The notes: a model not told the origin generated them from the sequence alone. A stretch of 64,000 nucleotides of DNA from Chrysomallon squamiferum (GCA_012295275.1 CM022676.1:2356001-2420000); one strand, 5' to 3'; shown: positions 28,008 through 41,814, numbered from the stretch's first letter. A program made the numbers and translations.

Positions 28008-29361
28008 ACAAGTAATAAAAATAATCCCTACCCAAAAAAAAAAAATATATATATATGTATGCTGGGCTTAGTCTCTTACTTTTCACTATACTATTGAACT
28101 ATATAACGTGCAGCAGTCAGTGCTTGACGCTTTTCTGTCTAACATTTTAAAAAGCCTTGCTATATCTTCCATATCTTCTCCACCAACCTCCTAACATAAT
28201 TTCCATTTATAATTTTAAATCAGTAATTACTTTTGTTAACATTTTGTATGCATAGATATATATGTTCATGCGTGTGCATACACTCACAAGCAACATCATG
28301 ACATACAGAAACATAAAAAATACATTACATATATAAATTCACACCCACACAAATACACCATTACGCTCTAATTGTCAACCTGCCCCTTCCATCAGAAATG
28401 ACGGAAGTACCGTTGTTAAAGACTTGTACAACGAACGTTATTATATTATTATTATTAAGGTTGTTATAATGACAAAGCAGTATTTGTCAGTGTTTTATTT
28501 TTAGTTTAGTTTCTACTTCCTTGATTTCTTTAGATATTTTTAGAAAAATTAAATAATAAAAACAATTAGTACTAAGTTCTAAGTTAAATTATTAAAACAT
28601 TAAAAGATAAAAATGTCCAGGTAGCAGAAAAAAGACAACTAAAAAATGTTAACTGACAAGAATCAGTTTTGTTTTGCATCATCAGTATCATCAAATCTGA
28701 TCTGAGTTTTCCACTACTCAAAACTAACCGACAAAAATGATGATTGATTTGACATATGTAGGACATTTTAATTGATATTTTTGTTTCAGATGACAGTACA
28801 TTTTATTAAATTTAATTTTCACTTAGCATTAACATTTGCCTTCTCATTTTAACAGGAATTTAGCTTCCAATCAACAAACTAAATTACACGCCTTGGATGG
28901 CTTAACAAAATGATTTAACTAAGATGTATCATTTAAAATTTATAATATTAATCTATTTGCTAACTGAAAATAAGTTTAAAAGATTGATGTTGATCAGTCT
29001 CTGATCATTAGTAACTGACATTTTAAAGTTTCTGATTTTCTGTTGTGTCTGATTCTTTAGATTTTTCTATTTTCCTTGCTCCTTTTTCGATTTCTTTTTC
29101 TTTCGCTTTTCAGTTTTTTTTTCAGTTACTTCAAATGGTGGTAGCCGACGTGGTGTTTTCATCACAAACAAAAGAAAGACAAAATAAAGTATATCTATGT
29201 GTATTTGTGAGCATCTGTTTAATCTGTCTGTTTGTTTGTGTGTGTGTGTGTGTCCGTGTGTTTGGTATGTCTCTATGTGTGTGTGTGTGTAAGTGTGTGC
29301 GTATGTGTATGTGAGTGTGTGTTTGAATTATACATTTAGTCACAGACTTACACTTACCCAC

Positions 29362-29391
29362 CTGATGTTTGACCTGTAAGATTCCATGAAC
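29362..29391 (-). CDS. 30-nt juxtamembrane micro-exon GSWNLTGQTS
   Basis: cttttcag acceptor and cag|gtgggt donor, phase 1-1. An alternative gtaagt donor lies 4 nt further on. Confidence 0.45.
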
Positions 29392-30110
29392 CTGAAAAGT
29401 GTAAACTGAGTATTTAAAGTACTTTAAACTAAATTAAATTAAATAAAACTATCAAAATGAATTTAAACTTGAAAAATGTTTCCAGGTTTCACTGATTTAA
29501 CTTATAAGCATTTCTAAATTAAGTTTTTATATTCGTTTTTATATAAACATATTTTATAAAACAAACAGATCAACTTACCTAGATATATTACAATTCAAAA
29601 AAATTAAAAAGATAACAAAAACTTAACTATTAGAATACATATCACATATGTGAATTTTTAAGTCAAATTAAATTAGTTTAAGAAGTTTTGAAATGTGAAT
29701 CACTAATACAAAGTTATCAAAGCAGATGTATAAATATGAAATTAATATTTGACATATGCATGTTACAAAACAATATTTAAAAAATAAAGCTCAATTTAAA
29801 ATAAAAACAAAAATCTACAACCATTCTTAAAACTTTGTCTCACACATTTAGATTAAAATACCTTGAAAAGGATAAAAAAAAAATTCCAAAAGAATTAACT
29901 TTCGTTTTATTTTGTATTTAAAAATTACATTTAATATTTCATATTTCATCATCATCATTATTATAATATTTCATTCTTTTTATTCATGTATTTGATTTTG
30001 TTGTCAAACTGAAGAAATTTCTTAAATAAGATTTTGTTTCTTTTCAATTAACGTTATGTTGAACATTTAACGTGTACGTCTAAAGCTTGGATCAGTGGTA
30101 AACCACCCAC

Positions 30111-30212
30111 CTCTCCGTAACAGTACAACAATGACAACCACTGCTCCACAGAGCAGAGACAAAGCACAGAAAAATGCCCCTGCCACATAAACATCGCTTT
30201 TACATGAACTGC
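30111..30212 (-). CDS. TM exon 3 of a three-TM cassette
   Basis: 102 nt, tttcag acceptor and gag|gtgggt donor, phase 1-1. CSSCKSDVYVAGAFFCALSLLCGAVVVIVVLLRR. Confidence 0.7.
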
Positions 30213-30252
30213 CTGAAATTAACACAATTATGAAATCAGTAACACTTTTTGT

Positions 30253-30645
30253 ATTAACTAGCACAGTTATGATAATACAAATGTGTTACACTGCTTAACT
30301 TAACTAGTATGTGATATTCAAACACAAATATGTTACACTTTAAATTAACTACAACTGTAATATTTAAATACAAATGTGTTACAGTTTAAATTAATTAGAA
30401 CTTGATACTCAAATAAAACTGTTACACTGTTGAAAATAACTAGAACTGTAATATTTAAATACAAATATCTTACACTGTTTAAATTAACTACAACTGTAAT
30501 ATTTAAATACAAATGTGTTAGACAGTTTAAATTAATTAGAACTGTGATACTTAAATACAAATGTTACAGTTTAAGTTAACTAGAACTGTGACATTTAAAT
30601 ACAAATTTGTTAAAGTTTAAGTTAACTAGAACTGTGATATTCAAA
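30253..30645. repeat. Intronic ~46-bp minisatellite, ~8 copies
   Basis: ttaactagaactgt(a/g)atatttaaatacaaatgtgttac recurs at ~30345, 30391, 30436, 30484, 30532, 30576 and 30622. Confidence 0.85.
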
Positions 30646-30756
30646 CCAGAAACCATTCACTGTGAAATATTACTGTCGAATTGATAAGGACAGACATTCT
30701 AACATTTAATTCAAACCTAATCTGCAGTATAGGTAAGGCAATATGCATTTACTTAC

Positions 30757-30852
30757 ATGTATGTTCCATACTAAGACAGCCCACAGAAATCAGCCCAAGA
30801 GCAATTTGTATGAAACCAAAAACCACAAGGACAATCCATCGTTTTTTAAAAT
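30757..30852 (-). CDS. TM exon 2 of a three-TM cassette
   Basis: 96 nt, tctgtttctgaag acceptor and gtaagt donor, phase 1-1. NFKKRWIVLVVFGFIQIALGLISVGCLSMEHT. Confidence 0.7.
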
Positions 30853-31140
30853 CTTCAGAAACAGATATAAAATGTGTACACCACTAATATATCATTGTTT
30901 AGTTATTTCACTTCTACATTAAATAGTCTATCTCCAAAAGACTTGAAAAATAATAATAAATAAATAAATAAATAATTAAATTTGATTAACTGATACTGTA
31001 TTTTCAGGTAGTCTTAAAGGCAGCCAAACCTATAGTATGTATGTTACCTAAAATAAAGAAATAGAAAACTGTCTTCCATAATGAAACTGGTTTGTAACCA
31101 GTTACTTGGCTTTATGAAATGTGTTTAAAATTATACTTAC

Positions 31141-31242
31141 TCAGAAGGGTCAGACACAGAAATAAGTAGACAACTACAACAACCATCCAGACAGCCAGAA
31201 CCACACTAAGAACCACTGTACAGTCACATTCACAGACTTCAG
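31141..31242 (-). CDS. TM exon 1 of a three-TM cassette
   Basis: 102 nt, ttattttcag acceptor and gtaagt donor, phase 1-1. EVCECDCTVVLSVVLAVWMVVVVVYLFLCLTLL. Confidence 0.75.
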
Positions 31243-31772
31243 CTGAAAATAAAACATTAAAAGTTTACATCTTTAACATTTATTTTATACATTAGCAGTT
31301 ACCAGATGTTAATCATACTTATGATCTTATATTAGTATTAGAGAAAGCTGATCATATTATGGATTACTCTTATTTCTTAAACAGGCATCTTCTTAGACCA
31401 GATACCAAGTAGAATGCTGTTAAACAAACCAGTAATTTGTATATCCTGTGAATTTCTAATCAGATATAACTTTTAAAAATGATATACATCTAATTTCTCT
31501 AAAGAATTAAATTCTAAAAAAAAAAAGAGAAAAAAAGATTCAAATGCTGTATGTATTCAATATTTGTAAGCAAACCCTATAATATTTCTATATCATATTT
31601 CAGAATATTATGCACTATATACATTGCCTTACCTCTTAACTTAGAGAGTGTTTTAGTAAGTGAGGTTGTTTATATTAGTTAATAGTGATATATAGGGGGT
31701 TCATGCATATAGATACTGTGTATAGTTAGAAAATCTAAATAAATATGATCCAAAAAACAAAGGCACTGATTA

Positions 31773-31819
<47 letters not shown>

Positions 31820-32833
31820 GGTGGTAGTAAGAGTTTTAATGTTCATCTTCCAAATCTTATCTCAGGAATATGATTTAAAATGTTGAAAACAACTGAAACA
31901 CATATTTATCTGTAAATATGCAGCCCACATCTGTTTTAGTTGATATTTTAAGGACCAGATTTTCTTTTAGATACAAAATGTAACCAGTTTATTTATCAAT
32001 TTTTCAAAAAAGCTCTTCAGTATTAAAAGTGTAGTTTCATTTTTGTTTGTACAGAAGAACAGAACAAGGTTTTTACATTTCCAACCATTTCTTTAATCTG
32101 ACAGACTGTGAACTAATTGATGTGTCTGACAGAGAGATTATCTGCAACAGAGATGCAGTTTTAGGTGGTGATAAAAAAGAAAATTTGAAAACACAACATT
32201 AATCAATCTGACTGTATTTTCATGCAATGAAGAAGTTGAAATAAAATCAATAAAATGGGCTGTGAATGTTTTGTATTTAGCTACCAACACCTTACATGCA
32301 AAACATACACAAAGTAAAATCATATCTCACATCAGGAAACAAACTGAGCAATCTGAGTGAATGTTGCCTGCAGCATCTGGAACAAATAAAAACACCTTTT
32401 GTGTTATTTAACTGTGTAGTAATACTGCTTTAAACTGTTTTCAGTTTATACAGTGAAAGTGAATGTGAGACAAATATCAGCTTTACTCCATAAACAAGTC
32501 ACACATCTAAAATGAAAACATTATTTGTGCAACAAAAGCTGATAAGAAAAATGAATAAAATATCTTAATATAGGATTTAAAATGAGCAACTGAGAAAATC
32601 ACAATACATTCTTTACATCAAACAAGATTTTAAAAGTTCCACTATTTAAATTTCAAACAATGCTTTTACACTGCTCCTTGAAAAAATAAAAAATCTTGAA
32701 CACATTTTTCTATAGTTTTTCTATAGTTTTTCTAGTAATATTAACAAATATCGAAAATTACAATTTTAATATTTAATGTAATCACAAGAAATCGGATACA
32801 TATCTATAATCATAATAATAATTATTAGTGTTA

Positions 32834-32873
<40 letters not shown>

Positions 32874-34228
32874 ATAAAGTATGGGGTAAAATGTATAATA
32901 TAACAAAACCAGTCAATGCTGACTTAATAAAGAAAATAATTACATCTATTTATTTCATGATGTTTTAGTATCATTATCAAAGTTCAAAACTGAACTGAAG
33001 ATTATTTTAAATTATTTTCACCATTATCATTCTATTTAATGTGATCCTTATACTTACATGATTTCAGTTTTGCCTCTGTTTTTGTGAAATAGAAGATGGA
33101 ATAAAACATTGTCACAGAAAAAAAAATGAAATACTATCTATTACTTAAATAATTACCAGTTTGTTAAAGGAAGGAGTACTCGCATCTATATATGTATATA
33201 AACACTGACTGACTGTGTTGTTTCTGCTGTTGGTAATTATATTACAATACATTAAACTATTTAAAAATGAACACAATTTTTAAACTATATGAAAACTATC
33301 AATAAACAGAAAAATAAGTAAAAGAGTATACTAATTTCAAAAACAAACACAAACCTAAACATAAATCTAAGAATGACATTTCAAAGTAATTTTGAGTAAA
33401 TATCTTAAAAAAATGAAAATATAAAAAATAAAAAGTCTGGGTTTCATGCTTTGTATTTCACAGTAACATCATGTATATAGGAAACATTTTGTATAGTCAT
33501 AAGTACACCAGCCATGATATAGAACTTTAAACAGAGGTCTGAGTAAAGACTTTTATTCAGCTAGATAAAATGTATGATCTTAATATTTTAAAACAGCCAG
33601 ACACTTAGAAACAAGCAGCTAAATATGCCACAGCATTACTTATAAGTCTGAGACTGTGACCAATACAAGCATGCTTGAACACATGTATGCTGGGAAAGCA
33701 TGGCTAAAAATTACCCACATCCAATGATTAGCAATACTGAATTGTATTATTGTAAATAAAGCTAATTTAAAAAGGAGATTTTGAAGTCAGTACTTTTAAC
33801 AAAAGTATTAAAGTATAAGTTTAATGTAATAACAAATTTTTAATTTTTATTTTAGGAGTAAAGGAGGAGATGAGACATAACAGTATGAAAGACTCCAACC
33901 AAGTGACAGTTATTTAACTAATCTATAAATACACATCATGTATTCATATACAATTACCTATTAATATAATAATAATTAACAGTTTTATAGCTAAATAGTA
34001 AAATAATATAAAAAATTATGTAAATTTTCAAACTGGACTTTATCAAAAAAATTATATTAATCACCAATACAAATATTATAATTATAATAATTATTTTTAT
34101 TAAAATCAATTAGTGATTTTGCAAAATAAGATTTCAGTTTTTTTTTATTAAAACCAGTGGAAGGGGAACTGAGGTTACATGAATGATTAGCACAAGGTTA
34201 GGGCTAACAATGTGATTATGTTACTTAC

Positions 34229-34261
34229 TGCTTGATGGTGTTGTTTCTGTTCATGTTGATT
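34229..34261 (-). pseudogene. Possible Ser/Thr stalk micro-exon with in-frame stop
   Basis: 33 nt between attag and gtaagt. Phase-1 reading xST*TETTPSS. Confidence 0.3.
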
Positions 34262-34911
34262 CTAATATAAACACATTAATATGAATAAAATAAATAATGT
34301 TTATGAATTAAACTTTAGTATGGTAAAAACAAGTGAAGTGGAGAAAATACATTTTAAAAAAGAAAATTAGAAATATCCAATAAATAATAATATTAATAAT
34401 AAAATTATTATTACTGTAATATCAAAGGACAAGGTGATGCAAAATGTGTAATCTGATTACTAAAACTAGACAAGTAACAGTAATATCTAATTTACAAACT
34501 ATAATTGCAGATAATAAATCAGAAATATAATCATATCAAATGTAAACATTCTGGTCCGTCTCATCAAAATGGTCATCCAGGATATTCCACAAAAAAACAT
34601 ACTGACAGAGCAGGCCAACAATTGGTAATTTCTGGGTTCAAACCATACATATTCAACATATGTATTGGTGAAACTTTACATATATAAAAACCAGGTATAT
34701 AATAGTAATAGTGATGCTCTATCATCTATTGAAGAAGGAAAGAAAGAATGAAAGAGAAAATAAATTTGTTTCAAAGTTTTTCACAATTTTATTTAATATA
34801 TTTTAATCTGTCATGGAAGTTCTTACTGCAAACATTATATTCAAAACTGTTAAAAAGTTTTATAAAAGGTTTTTAAGTAAAATAAAAAAGCAGATTTGCA
34901 TTTATGTCACT

Positions 34912-34967
<56 letters not shown>

Positions 34968-35254
34968 CAGGCATTAAGCTGTAACTTTATCTATGTTAAT
35001 AAGCATATTACTCAGTGTGGAACTAAAACAGTCAACATAGTATAAACTTCTTTTTAAAGCTTTTATTTTTTGCTATATCAGAATTAGAAGATAGAAATAA
35101 AGCTATTCCTTGATTAGTTAAGCAGAATCCACAAACAATCACTGGCATCTAGAAATTATCTGAAATAATGAAGAACGTAGCTAAGTGTACTGAGCTGAAG
35201 AAAAAAAAAAGTCTGGAATAAAAAAGAAATTAATTTTGAAACTACTTCATTTGT

Positions 35255-35542
35255 TTATAATTTGATTTTCACATCAATAGTAGTAATATGTTTTGTTTTC
35301 TGTTGATCAACATTATTGTGATTCTGTCTGGTTGGATGTTGGCTCTCTGCTGTATTGTTGCTCACGTCAGTTTTATTCAGTGAATCAGTGACTGACTGTT
35401 GACAAACTTCAGATCTTGTGTGTTCTTCACAGACATCTTTACTGACTGGGTTGATTCGCAGGTTTTACATTTGTCTGATTATATGAGTAATCTTCAGAAC
35501 TTTCATTATCTTCATCACTTCCATGGTTCCCAGACATATTGT
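35255..35542 (-). pseudogene. Degenerate terminal cytoplasmic exon (unit C)
   Basis: DNMSGNHGSDEDNESSEDYSYNQTNV, +1 shift, LRINPVSKDVCEEHTRSEVCQQ...TTIDVKIKL*. The presumed acceptor reads cttcaa rather than cttcag. Confidence 0.4.
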
Positions 35543-35618
35543 TTGAAGATTAATTACCAATACATAAAAAATCACGCCTTCTCTTATTTTCAATGGTAAT
35601 GTTAGAAAATCAATTATA

Positions 35619-35697
35619 ACTACAGCAATGGCAGTTACAGCAGTTTTGTTACATTCACAATCGATGATATTTTCTTTTACAGTCGATGTGACACTGG
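35619..35697 (-). pseudogene. Truncated stalk/TM exon (unit C)
   Basis: SVTSTVKENIIDCECNKTAVTAIAVV, then fused to sequence found at 49694. This is a ~1.16-kb deletion relative to 48533-49695. Confidence 0.7.
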
Positions 35698-36801
35698 CTT
35701 GGAAAGCAACGTTAAATATGTTCATATAATTACTGATTATAAACCAAGTCAATATCATCCATGATTACATCGAATATACTATCACAATAATTGACTGATA
35801 TAATTGTTTAGTCCATGTATTCAAATTAATTTTCAACTTAAAGGTAAACACAATCAACTTTACTGTAAAGATGTGTTGATAAAATAATTATTTAAGACAT
35901 TACATATATAGTGTGTATTATCTATATTTTTATAGCTATCCTCATTATTACATCTAAATCTTCTAAAGCTTACAAAGCAGTATAAACCACGAGTTTCAAA
36001 CTTGTAAAGATATCGGCATCAAATATCATAAAATAAAAATATCGTAGTATCTATAATGCAGACTAAAAATAGAAAAATTTCATATTACTATTAATACCAA
36101 GACTTACTTTCAGTGTAAAATAAACATAATGTCTATATAAAAAGAAAAATAATAATAATAATAAAATTTAAAAATTAACATGGGAAAATTTACAAATATA
36201 CTTCCTCGATTGATGAGCTTTTCTGTAATACAAAAACACAAAAAAAAATGTTGAGAAATAAACAATTATGAAAATTATTTTACTTGCTGAGGTAAATGTT
36301 AAAATGTTTATGTTGTAACATACATAATTGTGCACGATTAAAACACTACACAAATATAAATCATTTCACAATTATCTTTACCCGATGAATAACACAGCAA
36401 TAATTAGAGTGATTTGTATGATATTATTTATAAGTCAGCACCAATTGAAATATAATTCTGTATGATCTACTGTCCTGGTACGTTCGAGTTACATTTTAAA
36501 CTGAAATGAGTCAGTATTAACATTGTTTATACATAAACAAGACGGTACTTATCATTTATAAAAAAGAAACATGAGATTTAGAAATAAAATAATTATTACT
36601 TTTATATTGATACAGCATACAAACAAACAGGAAAACAGAAACACATGCAGAAGTGCATAGATGAAATGAAAACTGCATACTGCAGAAAGATGCTTAGCTG
36701 CAGTGATTAACAGAAAAATGGAAAGAAAGTAACACAATAGACTTGAGTGCAGTGCTAATACACTGACTGTTCATAGTGTGTGTTTCAACACATCAAGTAG
36801 C

Positions 36802-36818
36802 CTATTCGTGTTGGGTGA
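36802..36818 (-). CDS. Putative terminal (secretory) exon, ITQHE-stop (unit C)
   Basis: Same acceptor and sequence as 1472-1488, followed by a shared UTR-like block. Confidence 0.5.
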
Positions 36819-37062
36819 CTGAAAGATAATAAATCATTATTTACGTTATCCAATAAGCTGGTTTCTACAAGAAATGACAACACATGGAGATTAGCAAATT
36901 AAAACACGACATAACATCAACATGATGACTGTCGTTTTCTTCCGTTAAATCATTTCAATTCAGTTGCCTTCTTAAAACAATGTTGTTATACGTTACATAT
37001 AACAATGGTTTCCTTATACAGCAATGATTTTCATTCTAAAACCAAATAAATTGAAATCTTAC

Positions 37063-37394
37063 TTTCAGTCTTGATGGTAAAGTTTGCAGAATACAACTCA
37101 GTGTTACCCACAATGCATCTGAACATTCGTGCGTTGTCAGTGAGAGATACAGTGTGATTTAAAACAGAACTTCCTCTGTTCTCACACCCAGATAGTGTAG
37201 GTGGGTCATCTTTGATTCTGTCTGTTTTGGGTACGGCATCCACTGCATGTCAGCAGCGTACTTCCACTGCCACGACCAGGACTGTGCTGGGTTACCAACA
37301 TTTCCATTACACCTGAACTCTACAGTTTCACTGACAACATAGGGGCTGAACTCCTTTCTTGGTGTAACGATCATTTCAATATCACCTGGCTTTG
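37063..37394 (-). pseudogene. C2/I-like Ig exon with 1-bp frameshift (unit C)
   Basis: 332 nt. ccaaaacagac replaces ccatacacagac near 37225-37230, which splits it into two overlapping ORFs in the track. Confidence 0.8.
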
Positions 37395-37449
37395 CTGAAA
37401 TATAAAAACAAGAAATAAATAAACACTGCTTTTTTCTGTAATTTAGTTC

Positions 37450-37496
<47 letters not shown>

Positions 37497-37872
37497 GTTA
37501 GATACTTAGACGAAATTTGTATTATATACAAATATACTTTTTTTTTTCGACTAATTTTGAAAAGTAATTGTTTCTGTTGAACATTTTCTTTCTCGCTTAT
37601 TTACTTAGATATTTTTACACAAGTACAAATAGGAGACATAAATCACATAAACATTTCATTTATTTGAAATGGCATCTTCACTTACTTTCTCTAGTAATGT
37701 TGTATAATCAGTAATAAAAGAAGTGAATTCACCCAAATACGTCGACAACTAATATTATATAAAACCAAGCTTTAACTTACTTTCGTTGGTAGTGTTATAT
37801 AATCAACAACACAAGAAATGAAATTCTCTAAATGCACGACAACTCATAAAAATAAATCATGTTTTCACTTAC

Positions 37873-38274
37873 TTAGAATGGTGATGTTTTCAGAACTTTC
37901 AGAGGTATCTGGATTACCATGAAGTGTGTTATAACCAATTACACATAAATATTCTCCTGAATCACTGCAAGTCATTCCTGTCAGTTGAACCTGGATAAAA
38001 GATCCTGATTTGTCATTGTTGTCAGACTTTCCTGTCACTGTCGCTCTAGATACAAAGTTGTTTACATCTTTTAAACCAGCTTTACCTCCATTCTTTAGAG
38101 TGACAGCAGAAGCTATCATAACACTAGTACTGCGATTGCTGAGAAGTCTTCTGCTCACTGATACAGAAGTAAGTATATCAACCTCACTGATAATGTTACC
38201 AAGACTACATATGACTGTCACGGGAACTCCTTCATAAACAGGACGTGGGCTGATTGTCAGTTTTGCGGCTTCAC
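37873..38274 (-). CDS. V-type Ig domain exon (unit C)
   Basis: 402 nt, canonical sites, open frame. VTVICS...DSGEYLCVIGYNTLHGNPDTSESSENITIL. Confidence 0.9.
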
Positions 38275-39054
38275 CTGTAAGTACACATGTACAATGAAAT
38301 AACTCAAAAATGTAGTAAACGTTTCCATTGTGAATCTTATATATTTCTTAATCTGCAGAATACGTTTATCATATAAATCAGAAGAAAACATTAATTTTAA
38401 TTTAATGAGTTTGCTTCTATATTTCAAATATTTCATCGAAATTGAAGAATTAGTCTATGTCAAATTCATAGAATAATAGATTAGTACTGTATTTAAATAA
38501 ATTTAAACCACTAAGTTTGAAATACAAAAAAGATGAAACAATAATATTCTCAAGAGATTATTTAAAATGCAAAAGATTAATAATAGAATAAGAACATTTT
38601 TTCGAAATAAAATGTAAATAAAAACATAGTATTTAAGAGAAAAGTATAATTGACGGGAGTAATATGATTATATTTTCAAACACACGGATACACTCAGATA
38701 GAGATAATCAGTACAGACAGACAGGCAGACAGAACTAGAGAGACACAGCCATGCACACAATACAAGTAGATTTCATATATATTTCAAAAATAAAGTATAT
38801 AATGTAACGGTCTGAATGTAGGTATAAATATACTGCAATATCAGTCAGATAACATCGCATGTACATGAAGCAGCTATATTTTGATAAAGGTAATCAGTTA
38901 CAAATAAAAAACAACAACTCAAGAACTATAAATATATGAAACCAAACACTGCACTTATCCAAACTAAAAATCACTTATAAACCTGTTTATAAAATACTTC
39001 AAAACTGAAGACTTGTATTTATAGCTAAACAAAAACAAATAAAGTAAAACTCAC

Positions 39055-39109
39055 CAGTTGAAGTCAATGCTAAACTTGTTAATAAAATAACAGTGATTAC
39101 TGTCGACAT
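39055..39109 (-). CDS. Leader exon (unit C)
   Basis: MSTVITVILLTSLALTST+G, gtgagt donor. Confidence 0.85.
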
Positions 39110-39664
39110 GGTTAAAACAATCTAAGAAAAACGGAAAAGCTTTATACCGGATGTAAATTACGGGTCATGTGACCGGTGACATAAAGAAACTATACCCTCT
39201 GTGATTGTTGTCTCCCCTAGTCTGATGTAAAATCTAAGAAATAAAATCTGCGATTAAAGCACTGACTTAGTTTTTTTAACTGAAAACAATCTTTATAAAC
39301 TGTTGAATGGTCTGCACATATCGAGACAGTTGTTGCACACTCAACAGGAGATGTTATTGTTTTATTTTAAATACAAGGCGCTAGTCAAGCACTGGAAGAA
39401 AGCAGATACGAAATAACATGAAAATGAAAGAGGGAATACACAAATGGAAGGGGAGAAGAAAGTATAAGAAAGGAGAAAGAGATGAAAACAGAATTTAGAA
39501 CATATAATCTATTTATGCTTTATAAATATTATAAATAATTACTTTTGTCCACTGTTAAAGATTTTTCTGTCTAATTATAAATAACTATCTCACAATCCTT
39601 TGTAAAACATTTCACATTTAAATAAACTTTAAGATTAAATTTATTAAACAACAATAACAATGAA

Positions 39665-39719
<55 letters not shown>

Positions 39720-41053
39720 TAAATAAATAAATAAATAAATAAAGTAAATGCACTTCACAGGTATTTATAGTATAAAAATATTAAAAGTAAGATTTTATTA
39801 ATTCATATAAATAAAGGCTGCTTTCATTTTAGTAGCTTGATATTTTATTTAAAATTAAGAAGGTTATAAGGGTAGAATATTACGTTAGCTAGTTGAATAA
39901 TTAAAGCAGTGCGTTTAATCTAATTTAATTTAAATCTCTAATAAGATTAGTAAAGAGTTAATAAATTAAGAAGTTAATATATTCTGTTAAACAAAATAAC
40001 CAACACACTGAAGAATGATAAGAACATGAAAAGGGAAATAACTGTCGACGAAGCTTTTAAAACAATTCGTAAAATAATTCTTGAGGAAACTTTCAAAACA
40101 ATTCGTTTTTTCTTTTTTTCTTTATTGATTGCGCTCATTTGTTGTTCCCTTTATTTTGTATAAGTGCAGTGTTGGGTGTCATATATTTATAGTTCTGCAG
40201 TGGTTGTTTTATATTTATAGCTGAGTATCTTTATCAGGTATCTTTATCAGGTATCTGTGTCAGGTACATGCGATGTTATCTGATTGATGCTGCAGAAAAC
40301 TAATACACATATTCAGACGGTTACATTATATAATTTATTTTTGAAGTATATAAATACTCAGTAGTATTAAATACTCAGGCTTTCTTTCAGTGAATTGGTA
40401 GTGGGGGTATTCTTCTGTGAAAGTGTTTTTACACACATACATAGATAGACTGATAGATAGATACATGGATGGATGGATGGAGAGACAGACAGACAGACTG
40501 AGAGACACAGACAGACAGAAGATAAAAGTCTATATTATAACGAATCTTATGTCATAATCAAATAAATTAAACACTCATGACAATTTCAGTTTCAGTGGTA
40601 TTTATAAATGATTAAGCCGATCTGTTATCTCATCAGCATGAAATAAGACAAAATTAAAATAAAATATTGCAAAACAGCAACAGAAAAGCTATTATCAAGA
40701 TTTACGATAAGTGTTAATTGTTATTTATTTATAGTCACATTATTGGACTGCGAATTGAAATGAACCTTTTTGAGTTAAATGAATACATTTCTCAAGAGTA
40801 TTTATTTGATAAAAAATAATGCCGTTTTGATCGCATCATCTAAGTGATTTGTATTTAATTAGATATAAACTATTTGTAAGTAAACTTAATGAATAAAAAA
40901 TGTATCACAATTTCAGCGTCTCAGTATCTGTTTCACAATATAAACGACGTCGTTCGTTAGCAGAATCAAATTACACTAAATGTAAAATATACTAAATGTG
41001 CTCACCCGAAACAGAAATCAAAGTCTACTTGTTACAAACAAAATTAAACTTAC

Positions 41054-41088
41054 TTGAATTTCAGTGGTAACTTCTACGTATGTGGTTC
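41054..41088 (-). CDS. Stalk micro-exon RTTYVEVTTEIQ
   Basis: 35 nt, gttttag acceptor and gtaagt donor, phase 1-0. Its C exon is missing or lies in the gap. Confidence 0.5.
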
Positions 41089-41457
41089 CTAAAACAAAAA
41101 ACAAAATGATCAATTACGTAATCCAATAAGCAGAGTTCTACAACAAATGGCAAAACATACAGATTAACAAGTTGAAACTGGACATAACAACGTTATAGTC
41201 GCTGCTATTTTCTTCCATTAAATCATTTCAATTCAGGTGCCTTTTTAAAACAGTTTTATTATACGTAGCATATAACATAACAATGGTTTGTTACATACTT
41301 AAGAAATGAAGTAAGTAAATAAGTAAATAAGCAAGTAAATAACCTAAGTAAGTAATAAAGGAAGTATGTTCGAAAATAATCACCTAAGTAAGTAAGTACT
41401 TAAATAATTAGCTAAGAAAGAAGAAACTTAATTAAGAACGTAAATAATTACTCAAGT

Positions 41458-41657
41458 NNNNNNNNNNNNNNNNNNNNNNNNNNNNNNNNNNNNNNNNNNN
41501 NNNNNNNNNNNNNNNNNNNNNNNNNNNNNNNNNNNNNNNNNNNNNNNNNNNNNNNNNNNNNNNNNNNNNNNNNNNNNNNNNNNNNNNNNNNNNNNNNNNN
41601 NNNNNNNNNNNNNNNNNNNNNNNNNNNNNNNNNNNNNNNNNNNNNNNNNNNNNNNNN
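41458..41657. other. Assembly gap (200 N)
   Basis: Run of N. Confidence 1.
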
Positions 41658-41814
41658 ACAGAATCAAAGTTAACCACCAAACTATCGGTGTGAGAACAGA
41701 GAAAGTTCTGTTTTAAATCACACTGTATCTCTCAGTGACAACACACGAATGTTCAGATGCATTGTGGGTAATAACCATCTCTGTTCTGCAATCTTTACCA
41801 GCAAAACCCTCACA
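41658..41814 (+). pseudogene. Partial degenerate C2/I-like Ig exon
   Basis: ...ENRESSVLNHTVSLSDNTRMFRCIVGNNHLCSAIFT with indels, ending in a gtaaga donor. Confidence 0.75.

Noticed and set aside
32296-33090. Extra small exons linking unit C to the three-TM cassette (32331-32376, ~33058-33083)
   Set aside because: Splice-like ends exist, but lengths and phases do not chain and one acceptor is non-canonical. Not supportable without transcripts.
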